Below are positions 8,203-18,125 of a DNA stretch of 64,000 bases, piece after piece. The notes beneath the pieces are model-generated. The model saw only the letters and a list, made by a program, of their open reading frames with translations. It did not search any database and had not been told where the DNA came from. The stretch is from Thermoproteota archaeon (lineage in GTDB: Archaea; Thermoproteota; Methanomethylicia; Methanomethylicales; Methanomethylicaceae), in assembly GCA_020832905.1 (NCBI GenBank), contig JAJHRG010000001.1:564940-628939 (forward strand), written 5' to 3'. A program made the translations under genes and the position numbers. Numbering within the stretch: the stretch's first letter is position 1; the number at the start of each line of letters is the position of its first letter.

Positions 8203-9264
8203 TTGGCTATATTTGCAGTTGAATTTGATGGAAGAGGTGTAACACAAACTGCATTAATGAGAGCTGCTAGTGAAATCATTTGTACTGCTGCAGATAAGGA
8301 TGGATTTCCATCAATTGGATATGAAAGATACGATGATGCTCCTGATAGAGTTGGTGTACCAATTAAAGGATTTTCAGTAATATCAAGAACAGCTCCCGCT
8401 TCATATGAAAAAGATTTAGAAGATGTTGCAGTTGATGTTGAAAAACTTAGTCCTCCAACACCAGATTACTCATATTATCAAGTATGCTATGATGAATTAG
8501 CACCTGAAGCAATGCTATATGAGCCAAGAGCTGTAGATGCTGTACTAGTACTAGATGATACTTTAGTAAAAGGAGAAGAACCATGGGCTTATATAGGAGT
8601 ACAACCAATACATGAGAAATTAAAAGATGGAGGAGCAATAATAGTAAATAGTAAAAGAGATCCAGAATATCTTTTAGAATTTATTCATCCAACAACTAAA
8701 AGATATAAATTAGCAGTTATTGATGCAGATTCTATGGATAAAATAATTATATTACCATTAATAGGTGCTATGCTAAAAGTAGCTCCTGGTATTGTTTCAT
8801 ATAGATCAGTTATTGCTACTGTAAAGGAAAGATATAAAGCTGAAGGAATAAAGAAAGCACAAGTAATAAAAGATGCTTATAATAAAGTAAGATGGATAGA
8901 AGTTCCACCTGCTAAAGAACCAATACAAATAAAGAGAAAGAGAAAATTCCTTGAAGAATTTCCAAAATGGCATGAAATGCCTATAGGTCTTGTAGTTCCT
9001 GCACCTCCAGTAAATGGTCCAAATCCACACTTCAAAACTGATACATTTAGGACATATAGACCTGTAACAGATACAAGTAAGTGTAATAAAGATGGATTAT
9101 GTTGGTTATATTGTCCTGATTCTGCTAGAAGTCCAGATCCAGAGACATTTTTTGCTGTAAATCTTGAATATTGTAAAGGTTGTGGTATTTGTGCTGAAGT
9201 TTGTCCTGTTAAAGCAATTAAAATGGTTAATGAATTAGATTTTAGAGGTGAGAAATTATGGTAA
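8203..9264 (+). CDS. 2-oxoacid:ferredoxin oxidoreductase, fused gamma-delta subunit
   Basis: 353 aa with a TTG start after a GAGGTGA SD. The C-terminal part has two 4Fe-4S motifs (CNKDGLCWLYCP, CKGCGICAEVCP) typical of the delta subunit. The N-terminal ~250 aa is gamma-sized. Confidence 0.75.
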   Translation: MAIFAVEFDGRGVTQTALMRAASEIICTAADKDGFPSIGYERYDDAPDRVGVPIKGFSVISRTAPASYEKDLEDVAVDVEKLSPPTPDYSYYQVCYDELAPEAMLYEPRAVDAVLVLDDTLVKGEEPWAYIGVQPIHEKLKDGGAIIVNSKRDPEYLLEFIHPTTKRYKLAVIDADSMDKIIILPLIGAMLKVAPGIVSYRSVIATVKERYKAEGIKKAQVIKDAYNKVRWIEVPPAKEPIQIKRKRKFLEEFPKWHEMPIGLVVPAPPVNGPNPHFKTDTFRTYRPVTDTSKCNKDGLCWLYCPDSARSPDPETFFAVNLEYCKGCGICAEVCPVKAIKMVNELDFRGEKLW

Positions 9265-10448
9265 GAGTTATAACAACTGGAACTGTTGCAATTGCAACTG
9301 CTGTTAAACATGCAGATGTTGATGTAATATCTGCATATCCAATTAGACCATATACAGGAGTAATGAATGAATTAGCAAGAATGATTGCTGATGGAGAATT
9401 AGATGCAGAGTTCATTGTATGTGATTCAGAACATACACAATTTGAAATTGCAAAACATGCTGCAGCATGTGGTGCAAGAGTATTTACTGGTAGTGCAGGT
9501 ATTGGATGGGCATATGCTCATGAAGCTATTGTTGTTACACCAACAGATAGAGTTCCAGTAGTTGCAATGGTTGGAAATAGAGCATTAGATGATCCAGGAA
9601 ACTTTGGTGTAGAACATACAGATGTTTTAGTTGCAAGAGATTTAGGATGGATGATGTGCTGGCCTGAAAATCCACAAGAAGCTTATGATTTAACATTAAT
9701 GGGTTATAAGATTGCTGAAAATCCTAATGTGCTATTACCATATATAGTAAATTGTGATGGAAACTTTATTACTCATGTAAGATTTCCAGTAGATCTTCCT
9801 GATGAAGAACTTGCAAGAGAATTCTTACCACCAACTCCACCACCAAGACCAAATATACTACATCCAGATAAACCAATATCTATAGCTCCACATGTAGACT
9901 ATTACTGGGGAACTGAAATAAGAAGACAAATGGATCAAGCAATGAAGAATGCTATTGAAGTAACAAAAAGAGTTCATGAAGAATTTAATAAGATATTTGG
10001 TAGAGGAGGACCTCCATTTATTGAAGAAATTAATACAAAAGATGCTGATGTTGCTATGATAGGAGTAGGCGGAATGACAATGGTAGCAAGAGCAGCAGTA
10101 AGAGAATTAAGACAAAAGGGAATAAATATAGGTTTTGTAAAGCTTAGAAGATTTAGACCATTTGCTACTGAAGAAATAAGAGAAGCTTTAAGGAAATTTA
10201 AAGTAGTTGCTGTATTAGATAATGACTTCTCATTTGGATCTGCACATTGTGGAGGAATATTATTCCAGGAAATTCGATCTGCTTTATATGATCTATCTGA
10301 AAGACCAATTGTTGTTAATTACTTAATTGGACTTGGTGGAAGAGAAATTACTGTTGATGCAATGAAGAGAATTGGTAAGGAGATATATGAAATATCAAAG
10401 ACAAAAGAAGTTAAACATATAGTTAAATGGGTTGATGTTAGGGAGTGA
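9258..10448 (+). CDS. 2-oxoacid:ferredoxin oxidoreductase alpha subunit
   Basis: 396 aa. The opening ...AVKHADVDVISAYPIRPYTG... is typical of POR/VOR/KOR alpha. It overlaps the upstream gene and has a GAGGTGA SD. Confidence 0.88.
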   Translation: MVRVITTGTVAIATAVKHADVDVISAYPIRPYTGVMNELARMIADGELDAEFIVCDSEHTQFEIAKHAAACGARVFTGSAGIGWAYAHEAIVVTPTDRVPVVAMVGNRALDDPGNFGVEHTDVLVARDLGWMMCWPENPQEAYDLTLMGYKIAENPNVLLPYIVNCDGNFITHVRFPVDLPDEELAREFLPPTPPPRPNILHPDKPISIAPHVDYYWGTEIRRQMDQAMKNAIEVTKRVHEEFNKIFGRGGPPFIEEINTKDADVAMIGVGGMTMVARAAVRELRQKGINIGFVKLRRFRPFATEEIREALRKFKVVAVLDNDFSFGSAHCGGILFQEIRSALYDLSERPIVVNYLIGLGGREITVDAMKRIGKEIYEISKTKEVKHIVKWVDVRE

Positions 10449-11382
10449 TAATATGAGTTGGGAGAAGATAGAAATAAGAACACTTAAAGATGTTCCTAAA
10501 GAGGAATATTATGTAGCAGGACATAGAACATGTCAAGGATGTGGTCCTGCTCTTGCATGTAGATTAATAGCAAAAGCTGCAGGTCCAAGAACTGTATGTA
10601 TTGTTGCTACTGGATGTATGTATGTAGCAAATAGTAGTTATAATACAACTCCATGGGCAATACCATGGATGCATGCACAATTAGGAGGAATAGGCTCAGC
10701 AGTAGCTGGTGCAGCAGCTGCATTTAAAGCTATGATGAGAAAAGGAAAAATAAAGAAAGAAGAAATTCATGTTTTAGGAATTGCAGGAGATGGTGGTGCT
10801 GCAGATATAGGTCTTTCAGCTATATCTGGTGCTATGCTATCAGGTGGTGATCACTTAATAATTACATATGATAATGAATCTTATGCAAATACTGGAATTC
10901 AAGCTTCAAGTTTAACTCCATGGGGTGCTTGGACAACATTTACTCCTCCAGGAAAAATGTTAAGACTTGGAAATGTAAGAGTTAAAAAAGATTTACCAAG
11001 AATGATTGCTGCAGGACATCCTAATGTACGCTATGTAGCAACTGCAAGTATATCATTTCCATTTGATTTAATGACAAAAGTAAGAAAAGGATTAGCTGTA
11101 AAAGGTCCAGCTTTTATACAAATTCATACACCATGTCCTAAGGGATGGAAATTCCCACCAGAATTAACCATAAGAATAGGTAGATTAGCTGTAGAAACAG
11201 GAATGTGGACATTATATGAAGTTGAAGATGGACAATTTAGATTAACTTTCAAGCCTCCAAAGAGAAAACCAGTATCAGAATACTTAAAACTTCAAGGAAG
11301 ATTTGCTCACTTAAGAGAACCAGATATTAGATATATACAAGAACAAGTAGATGCTGCTTGTAAGCAATTAGGTATTGACTAA
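10432..11382 (+). CDS. 2-oxoacid:ferredoxin oxidoreductase beta subunit (TPP-binding)
   Basis: Carries CQGCG, the GDGGAADIG TPP motif and YDNESYANTG. The real start is more likely the ATG at 10453 (MSWEK...), which is preceded by AGGGAG. Confidence 0.88.
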   Translation: MMLGSDNMSWEKIEIRTLKDVPKEEYYVAGHRTCQGCGPALACRLIAKAAGPRTVCIVATGCMYVANSSYNTTPWAIPWMHAQLGGIGSAVAGAAAAFKAMMRKGKIKKEEIHVLGIAGDGGAADIGLSAISGAMLSGGDHLIITYDNESYANTGIQASSLTPWGAWTTFTPPGKMLRLGNVRVKKDLPRMIAAGHPNVRYVATASISFPFDLMTKVRKGLAVKGPAFIQIHTPCPKGWKFPPELTIRIGRLAVETGMWTLYEVEDGQFRLTFKPPKRKPVSEYLKLQGRFAHLREPDIRYIQEQVDAACKQLGID

Positions 11383-11805
11383 ATTTTTTTCTTTTTTTAT
11401 TTTTTCTAAAGCTTTAATAACAGTAGGAGATATTTGAATATTTTTTAATTCACTTATATCAAACCATTTAGCATCTAAAACATCATCTCCTGGTTTTAAT
11501 TCACCACCTATTAATTTTCCTATGTAATCTATTATTATATAATGATATTTTATTCTACCATCATTATCTTTAATAATTATATTAAAAACTCCTAATAGTT
11601 TTTCAATAATAGCATTAAGTCCTGTTTCTTCTTTTAATTCTCTAATTGCAGCTTCTTCAGGAAATTCTCCAAGTTTAATCAATCCTCCAGGTATAGACCA
11701 TAATCCCTTATTTGGTTCATTTCCTCTTTTTACAAGTAGTATTTTTCCATTTTCTATGATTAATACTCCTACACCAACTAAAGGATGATCATGATATTCA
11801 CGCAT
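11368..11805 (-). CDS. NUDIX hydrolase
   Basis: Nudix box GGLIKLGEFPEEAAIRELKEETGL. Confidence 0.9.
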   Translation of the reverse strand: MREYHDHPLVGVGVLIIENGKILLVKRGNEPNKGLWSIPGGLIKLGEFPEEAAIRELKEETGLNAIIEKLLGVFNIIIKDNDGRIKYHYIIIDYIGKLIGGELKPGDDVLDAKWFDISELKNIQISPTVIKALEKIKKEKNLVNT

Positions 11806-11874
11806 AATATTAATTTTCTTTCTCTAATATTTAAATAATAATATTTTTAAAGAAAATATAATAAAATATCTAAG

Positions 11875-12501
11875 GTGAGTATTCTGTTATCAATTATTAC
11901 ATACTATGAGTACTTTGGAATTTTCTTAATATCAATACTTGGAAATCTCTTACCTTTTATACCAATACCATATTTAATTCCTATATTTATATCAAGTTAT
12001 TTTTTAAATCCCTTAATTATTAGTCTATGTGTAGGATTTGGAGCGACTATTGGAAAATGTTTTTCTTATTTTATAGGAAGAGGAGGAAGAATATTACTTA
12101 ATGAAAAGAAAAGAAAAGATTTTGAAGTTTTTGGTAGATTATTAGGAAAATATGGAATAATAGCTGTATACATATTTGCTGCTTTTCCCTTACCAGATGA
12201 TATAATTATTATACCACTTGGTATGTGTAAGTATAATTTTAAAAAGTTCTTTTTATCATTACTATTAGGAAAAATTACTTTAGGAGCAATAGTTGCATTT
12301 ACTGGAAAATATTATTTTGAACTATTAAGGATATTTATTGGAGGAGAATCTACTATTCCTATTATTTTAATATCAATAATATTCATGATATTAGTTGTAT
12401 GGATAATATATAAAATAAATTGGATTGAAGCTATAGAATATATAGAAAAACATGGATTAATTGCTTATCTTAAGTACTTACTAAAGATTAATAAGAGATA
12501 A
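11875..12501 (+). CDS. DedA/VTT-domain membrane protein
   Basis: 208 aa with multiple TM helices. LPFIPIPYL and GATIGKCFSYFIGRGG blocks are typical of the DedA/SNARE-associated family. Confidence 0.6.
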   Translation: MSILLSIITYYEYFGIFLISILGNLLPFIPIPYLIPIFISSYFLNPLIISLCVGFGATIGKCFSYFIGRGGRILLNEKKRKDFEVFGRLLGKYGIIAVYIFAAFPLPDDIIIIPLGMCKYNFKKFFLSLLLGKITLGAIVAFTGKYYFELLRIFIGGESTIPIILISIIFMILVVWIIYKINWIEAIEYIEKHGLIAYLKYLLKINKR

Positions 12502-12526
12502 AGAACAGTAGTTTTATGGGATAAAA

Positions 12527-13207
12527 ATGAAAGTCACATTATTAACTTATACACCTAATCCTGAAAAAGTTATAGCAATAGCTGCAAGACAATGTCATTC
12601 TAAATTAAGTGCTACTGAAATAGCAGAAAATATTAAAGATGAAGATATTGAGAGAATAATAAGAATGGTAATAGAAAGAGGACATCTTTCTGTACTTGAA
12701 CATGCATATTTTACTTTTGCTATAGAAGGAGTATCAAGAGCATGTACTCATCAATTAGTAAGACATAGAATTGCATCATATTCTCAGCAAAGTCAAAGAC
12801 ATGTAAGAATTGAAGAAGATTTCATAATACCAGATACTATTAAGAAAAATGAAAAAGCAAAAAAGATATTTAATGATACTTTAGAATTATGTAAAAAATC
12901 CTATAAAGAGTTAATAGAAATGGGAATACCATTAGAAGATGCAAGATATATTTTACCACAAGCATCTCCTACAAAGATTATAGTAACAATGAATGCAAGA
13001 GCACTTTTAAATTTCTTTGAATTAAGATGTTGCTTAATGGCACAATGGGAAATAAGAAGAGTTGCTGAAGAAATGTTATCTTTAGTTAAAAAAGTAGCTC
13101 CTCATGTATTTGAAAAAGCAGGACCATTTTGTGTTACAAAAAACATATGTCCAGAAAAAAAATATGATTGTCCAAAATGGATTGAAATTCATAAATTAAG
13201 TAAATAA
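12527..13207 (+). CDS. thyX: FAD-dependent thymidylate synthase
   Basis: ThyX signature RHRIASYSQQSQR (RHRxxSxxxxSxR), plus the LEHAYFTF block. Confidence 0.92.
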   Translation: MKVTLLTYTPNPEKVIAIAARQCHSKLSATEIAENIKDEDIERIIRMVIERGHLSVLEHAYFTFAIEGVSRACTHQLVRHRIASYSQQSQRHVRIEEDFIIPDTIKKNEKAKKIFNDTLELCKKSYKELIEMGIPLEDARYILPQASPTKIIVTMNARALLNFFELRCCLMAQWEIRRVAEEMLSLVKKVAPHVFEKAGPFCVTKNICPEKKYDCPKWIEIHKLSK

Positions 13208-13849
13208 TGATTTTACAGCATCTATACAACCCTCTCGAACAATCATGTCTAGTACATAATCAGGCTGAATAATAACTGATGGTGAAAATGGAATATATCT
13301 TCCATCTTTATCTCTTATTCTAATTATCATCCAAGATTCTTTAAGAGGAAGATCTTCTATTTTTTTACCAATTACTGGAGCATCTTTTCCTACTTTTATT
13401 TGTATTCTTCTTACACCAACATAAGGAATACGCTCTTCTATCTTTCCAGAATAGCCTCTTATAAGTTTAGAAATTTTTTCTGCTACTGCCTCTTCTGGAC
13501 ATATTATCTCAGAAATACCAAGCTTATGGGCAATTCTTGATAATCTTGGATCACTTACTCTTGCTATTACTTTTTTTACACCCATTTCTTTTGCTAAAAG
13601 ACATCCTAGTATATTCTTTTCATCATCTCCAGTTACACAAATAAAAACATCATATTCCTTAGGATTTATATTTTCAAGATCATCTATACTAGTAACATCA
13701 CCTTTAAAAACAAGAACATCATATTCATTCGAGATTTCTTTACATATATCTTCATCAAGATCCATTACTGCAATATCATGATTGTCTTCTTTTAATTCTC
13801 TAATAAGTGTCTTTCCTACTCTTCCTGCACCAACAATAATTATCCTCAT
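13196..13849 (-). CDS. trkA: Trk-type K+ uptake NAD-binding subunit
   Basis: MRIIIVGAGRVGKTL Rossmann motif, RCK N- and C-domains, 217 aa, divergent from trkH. Confidence 0.85.
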   Translation of the reverse strand: MRIIIVGAGRVGKTLIRELKEDNHDIAVMDLDEDICKEISNEYDVLVFKGDVTSIDDLENINPKEYDVFICVTGDDEKNILGCLLAKEMGVKKVIARVSDPRLSRIAHKLGISEIICPEEAVAEKISKLIRGYSGKIEERIPYVGVRRIQIKVGKDAPVIGKKIEDLPLKESWMIIRIRDKDGRYIPFSPSVIIQPDYVLDMIVREGCIDAVKSLFT

Positions 13850-13895
13850 ACTTAATTTAAGTAAAAAATTAAAAAATTAATATTTTTTACTAATA

Positions 13896-15353
13896 GTGAT
13901 AATAATGATAAAAGAAGAATATAATGAAATTATCTCTGGAATTGTAGGAATATTGATAATTTCAGGTATTATAATGTTAATTCCAATTATTCCCTTAGTG
14001 GTATATAGTGAGTATGCTCAATTGCCTTTCTTTTTATTTTCCTCCATCATCTTATTAATAATAGGAGGATATTTCTATAGAAAATACCCCCTTCCTGAAG
14101 ATATTACAATGAAATCTGCAATTGTTATTGCTAGTATTGCTTGGCTTTTAATATCACTAATTGGAACAATACCATACTTAAGTATAGGTATGAATATTAT
14201 TGATGGATTTTTTGAATCAATGAGTGGATTTACTACAACTGGTATGACATTAATTAGTGTTTTGGAAATATGTCCAAGATCTATATTATTTTGGAGGAGC
14301 TTAAGTGAATGGATTGGAGGAATTGGAATAATCTTTCTTTTTACAATATTATTAAAAGGAAGTATAGGTACATGGAAATTATATAGAATTGAAGGAAGAG
14401 AAAAATTTACAATAAGTGTAAAAGAAAGTATAAGAAATATAATGATTATATATACAACTTTAACTATAGTTTGTACAATTTTATTATATTTAAGTGGATT
14501 AGATGTTTTTGATTCAATAAATCATGCAATGACAACCATTTCTACAGGAGGATTTTCTACAAAAACAGATAGTATAACTAACTTCAGTATCTTGACAAAA
14601 ATAATAATAATTATGTTTATGATAATTGGTGCAATTGATTTTGCATTAATTAATGAAATTATAAAACTTAAGATAAAAAAAGTAATAAGCGATCCTGAAT
14701 TCAAAGCCTTTATATTTATAATCATAATTAGTATTTTATTAGTTTACATATTGAATTCAAAGGAAATGAGCTTTAGCATAAATGAATTATTTAATACAAT
14801 ATCAATAGTAACTACAACTGGCTATACAAGTGGTGATATACTTTTATGGCCTAATTCCACTAAGGTTTTACTATTAATACTTATGACAATAGGTGGATGT
14901 GCAAATTCAACTGCAGGAGGAATAAAAGTATGGAAATTATTAATACTATTCAAACTTTTAAGAAGAGAATTAAAAAGACTATTGTTACCTCCTTCTATAA
15001 TAATGCCTATAAAGATAGGAGATAAAACATTTGATGATGAATATTTAATTAAAATATGTACTTTCTTCTTTAGCTATATAGTACTAATATTCATAATCTT
15101 CTTATTACTAAGTATTAATATTCCTGATACATTTGGAGCGTTATCATTAGCCATTTCTTCTATTAATAATATAGGACCTGCTTACTATCCTATTGATAAG
15201 CTTGATTTATTTTCAAAAATAATATTAATAATTAGTATGTGGATGGGTAGACTTGAATTATTTCCAGTAATGGCTTTTATTTTTGAATTCATTCCAGAAA
15301 CTTTTAAAAATATATTATCAAGAAGATTTAGAAAGGAGTACGAGTATACTTAA
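13896..15353 (+). CDS. trkH: Trk/Ktr-type K+ transporter membrane subunit
   Basis: 485 aa and polytopic. Repeated selectivity-filter-like MSGFTTTGM, STGGFST, TTTGYT and NIGP blocks. Confidence 0.82.
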   Translation: MIIMIKEEYNEIISGIVGILIISGIIMLIPIIPLVVYSEYAQLPFFLFSSIILLIIGGYFYRKYPLPEDITMKSAIVIASIAWLLISLIGTIPYLSIGMNIIDGFFESMSGFTTTGMTLISVLEICPRSILFWRSLSEWIGGIGIIFLFTILLKGSIGTWKLYRIEGREKFTISVKESIRNIMIIYTTLTIVCTILLYLSGLDVFDSINHAMTTISTGGFSTKTDSITNFSILTKIIIIMFMIIGAIDFALINEIIKLKIKKVISDPEFKAFIFIIIISILLVYILNSKEMSFSINELFNTISIVTTTGYTSGDILLWPNSTKVLLLILMTIGGCANSTAGGIKVWKLLILFKLLRRELKRLLLPPSIIMPIKIGDKTFDDEYLIKICTFFFSYIVLIFIIFLLLSINIPDTFGALSLAISSINNIGPAYYPIDKLDLFSKIILIISMWMGRLELFPVMAFIFEFIPETFKNILSRRFRKEYEYT

Positions 15354-16590
15354 AAATTTCACAATATTTTTCATTTAATTTTAAATTTCCTACTTGTATG
15401 AGAGAAATATCATCACTTACTGGTGTTATTATTTTCATTTTTCTTTCTTCATAATTTATTTCTGATATTATTCCAAGTCCTAAGAATTTTCCATTATCTT
15501 TATAAAGACCAACAATTATTCCTTTTTCAGAACCTTTCTTTATAGCAATTAATTCATCACAAATTTTTTCTTTATTTGTTATATTTGGTTCATCTTCAGT
15601 TACTAAAAATAAGAATTTTCCATTAGTTTCTCCATAAAGTATTTTTAAGCATAATTCTTTACTTAGTTTTTCTAATAATTCTTTTGATAATGGATTACCA
15701 TAAGTATAATAAGAACATATAATTTTTGTTGATTTTAAATCTATAATTCTTTCCTTACTATTAGCAAAATATTTACTATATGCATTTTCACGTTTTTCTT
15801 TTCTTTCTTCTCTACTTCTTATTCTTGATGCTGATGAAGATGTTATTCTTATTACATTTTCAAAATTTCTTATTATATGTTCTAATTCATTTCCTTTTTG
15901 AATTGCAATAATAAAATCAGGAGAAATTATTTGAATTAATGAGCATTTATATTCTCTTGCATATATACCATTAACCCATCCACATGTATTTATAATGATT
16001 ATATCAGCATTATTATTTAAAGCATTATCAACAAGCTTTTTAGCACTTACTATCATTTTCATTGGAGCATCAGATGGTGTAGTTGTTCCAATAAATATTG
16101 CATCAGTTAATGGAATTTTATCCATAGAAATAATTGTATTATTTAAAAAGCCATAACCAATAGTTGTTGGTAATGATATTTCAGCTTGTCCTGGATCTAA
16201 ATCAATAACAGCAACTTTCATTCCATACTGAAATGCTATATTTGCTAAATATACTGAAAAAGTTGTTTTACCACTATCTGTATCTCCTATTACCATAACC
16301 TTTATTGGAGGTTTACTTTTAATTATTTTTTCAACAGCATCTTTCCAGCATAAAGGTATAGGATTAGGGATTTCTTTTATACATGCATTACTTCCAAGAT
16401 TAATTTCAATAAGTGAATCTTCTAGTACTTCTACTGGTATAGATTTTCCTTTTGGTATTATTATTTCCTCTCCTAATGTAACAGATTTTCCTAAAGCTAA
16501 AATTTTTCCATTACGTAAGCATAAATATGCAGGACCATATACTACAAAAGAGGACATTTTTGTTAAGTTCATTTGCAACAAATAATACAC
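15328..16590 (-). CDS. Clp1/Grc3-like polynucleotide 5'-hydroxyl kinase (archaeal type)
   Basis: P-loop VMVIGDTDSGKTTF preceded by a beta-rich N-domain, with a Walker B-like IDLDPGQ. The start may be the internal MSSFVVYGP at 16557. Confidence 0.6.
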   Translation of the reverse strand: MYYLLQMNLTKMSSFVVYGPAYLCLRNGKILALGKSVTLGEEIIIPKGKSIPVEVLEDSLIEINLGSNACIKEIPNPIPLCWKDAVEKIIKSKPPIKVMVIGDTDSGKTTFSVYLANIAFQYGMKVAVIDLDPGQAEISLPTTIGYGFLNNTIISMDKIPLTDAIFIGTTTPSDAPMKMIVSAKKLVDNALNNNADIIIINTCGWVNGIYAREYKCSLIQIISPDFIIAIQKGNELEHIIRNFENVIRITSSSASRIRSREERKEKRENAYSKYFANSKERIIDLKSTKIICSYYTYGNPLSKELLEKLSKELCLKILYGETNGKFLFLVTEDEPNITNKEKICDELIAIKKGSEKGIIVGLYKDNGKFLGLGIISEINYEERKMKIITPVSDDISLIQVGNLKLNEKYCEIFKYTRTPF

Positions 16591-16633
16591 CCAAATAATA
16601 GATTAAATATTCTATTTGCTTAAAAAATAAACG

Positions 16634-17065
16634 GTGATTTTTTTGAAAATTGAAGAAATTGAAAATGCTATTTTATCTTTTGTTAAAGAAAGAGGAAAAG
16701 TAAGTTATGAAGAAATTGAAAAATGGGCAGAAAAAAATAATATTGGATCATATACCTTAAGAATTATATTAAATGATTTAATAAAAAGAAAGTCTTTAGA
16801 AGCACCTGATGGTTTTTATGATGAGGAATCTTATATAGAACCACCTAGACCAAAATCAATTGTATTAGCATCATCAGATTATGAAAAATTAAAAGAATAT
16901 TTAAAAGAATATAAAAGTATAGGAATATTGAGATTTTTTGATGATTTAATAAAAATGGGAATAAAAGATGTAAATGAATTATTGAGAAGAGCAATAAAAG
17001 AAGGTTATGCTGAACTTACTCCATCTGGTGTTGTAAATGCTACTGAAAAGCTTTTTAAGAGCTAA
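16634..17065 (+). CDS. hypothetical protein (winged-helix-like N-terminus)
   Basis: 143-aa ORF divergent from the Clp1-like gene. No strong motif. Confidence 0.45.
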   Translation: MIFLKIEEIENAILSFVKERGKVSYEEIEKWAEKNNIGSYTLRIILNDLIKRKSLEAPDGFYDEESYIEPPRPKSIVLASSDYEKLKEYLKEYKSIGILRFFDDLIKMGIKDVNELLRRAIKEGYAELTPSGVVNATEKLFKS

Positions 17066-17109
17066 AAGAATAAGAAATTAAAGATAAGAATAGTGCTATT
17101 GGTGGGAAA

Positions 17110-17445
17110 ATGTCAGAAAGTAAAATAGTTGGAGGAGTATTTAGTGGAACTGCAAAAATTGGAGAAATACTTGATACATTTATGCAATTAACATTAACTC
17201 CTCAAGATATTACTAGTCCAATTGCATTACAAATGGCATTAAGTAGAATTTATGAGACAATGACAAAAGCTTTAACAAAAGGTCCAAAAAAGAAGTATAT
17301 AGCTGAAGTAAGATTTACTGATGCTTTAGGAAATCCTGTAGTTATTGGTTTAGATTTAGGAGAAAAATTACCACCATTTACAAGTAATGAAGTAAAAGCA
17401 AGAATAATAATAGAACTTTTTGAAGAACAACATCAAAATCCTTAA
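17110..17445 (+). CDS. hypothetical protein
   Basis: 111-aa ORF preceded by GGTGGG. No motif recognised. Confidence 0.45.
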   Translation: MSESKIVGGVFSGTAKIGEILDTFMQLTLTPQDITSPIALQMALSRIYETMTKALTKGPKKKYIAEVRFTDALGNPVVIGLDLGEKLPPFTSNEVKARIIIELFEEQHQNP

Positions 17446-17474
17446 TATCTTCCAGTTAAACTGAGAGATATTTT

Positions 17475-18101
17475 TTATAGTTTACTAAGCAATTCCTTAA
17501 GATTACTTATAGTATTACAAGAGCATAATTTTCCACTTCTATCTAAGTGAAATGCAATTACTCCTGCTTTTCTTGCATTAATATAATCAAGTTCATAACT
17601 ATCTCCAATATGAATCATTTCTGAAGGTATTAATGAAAGATAATTACAAATTTTCAAATAAACCCAACTTTCTTTAATACTATGAAAATCAGAAATTGTA
17701 GAAAAAATATAGGAAAAGTATTTCCTTATAGGTTCTGTTGTTATTTCTAAAAATAATCTTGCTGAATTAGATATAATAATTAGCTTATATTTTTTTACTA
17801 ATTCCTCAAGTACTTCAATTACCTCAGGATATAAAGTTACTAAATGTTTATATTTACTTAAAAGTTCTTTTGCATTTATATTAAGTCCATATTTATTTAT
17901 CCAATAATCAATATCATACCATTCTAATCTTTTTGGTCCAATTTCATTATAATCATTATATAGTTTTTCTTTAGCCTCCTTGATAGATATATTATGATGT
18001 TTTGCTACTAATTCAGGTAAAACTTCAAGCCATATAGTATCAGCAAATAAAGGTGTAACTAATGTACCATCTACATCAAATGATATTACTTTAATTTTCA
18101 T
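17475..18101 (-). CDS. HAD-superfamily hydrolase
   Basis: Motif I ISFDVDGTL, motif II IISNS, motif IV GDSYELD. Confidence 0.85.
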   Translation of the reverse strand: MKIKVISFDVDGTLVTPLFADTIWLEVLPELVAKHHNISIKEAKEKLYNDYNEIGPKRLEWYDIDYWINKYGLNINAKELLSKYKHLVTLYPEVIEVLEELVKKYKLIIISNSARLFLEITTEPIRKYFSYIFSTISDFHSIKESWVYLKICNYLSLIPSEMIHIGDSYELDYINARKAGVIAFHLDRSGKLCSCNTISNLKELLSKL

Positions 18102-18125
18102 AAATTCAACAAAAATAAGGAAAAA

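Noticed and set aside
8877-9311. 144-aa ORF antisense to the OFOR gamma-delta gene; the same applies to 8447-8638 and 8806-9030
   Set aside because: These are shadow ORFs of a strongly supported gene. The sequences are Ser/Cys/Asn-rich and nonsensical.
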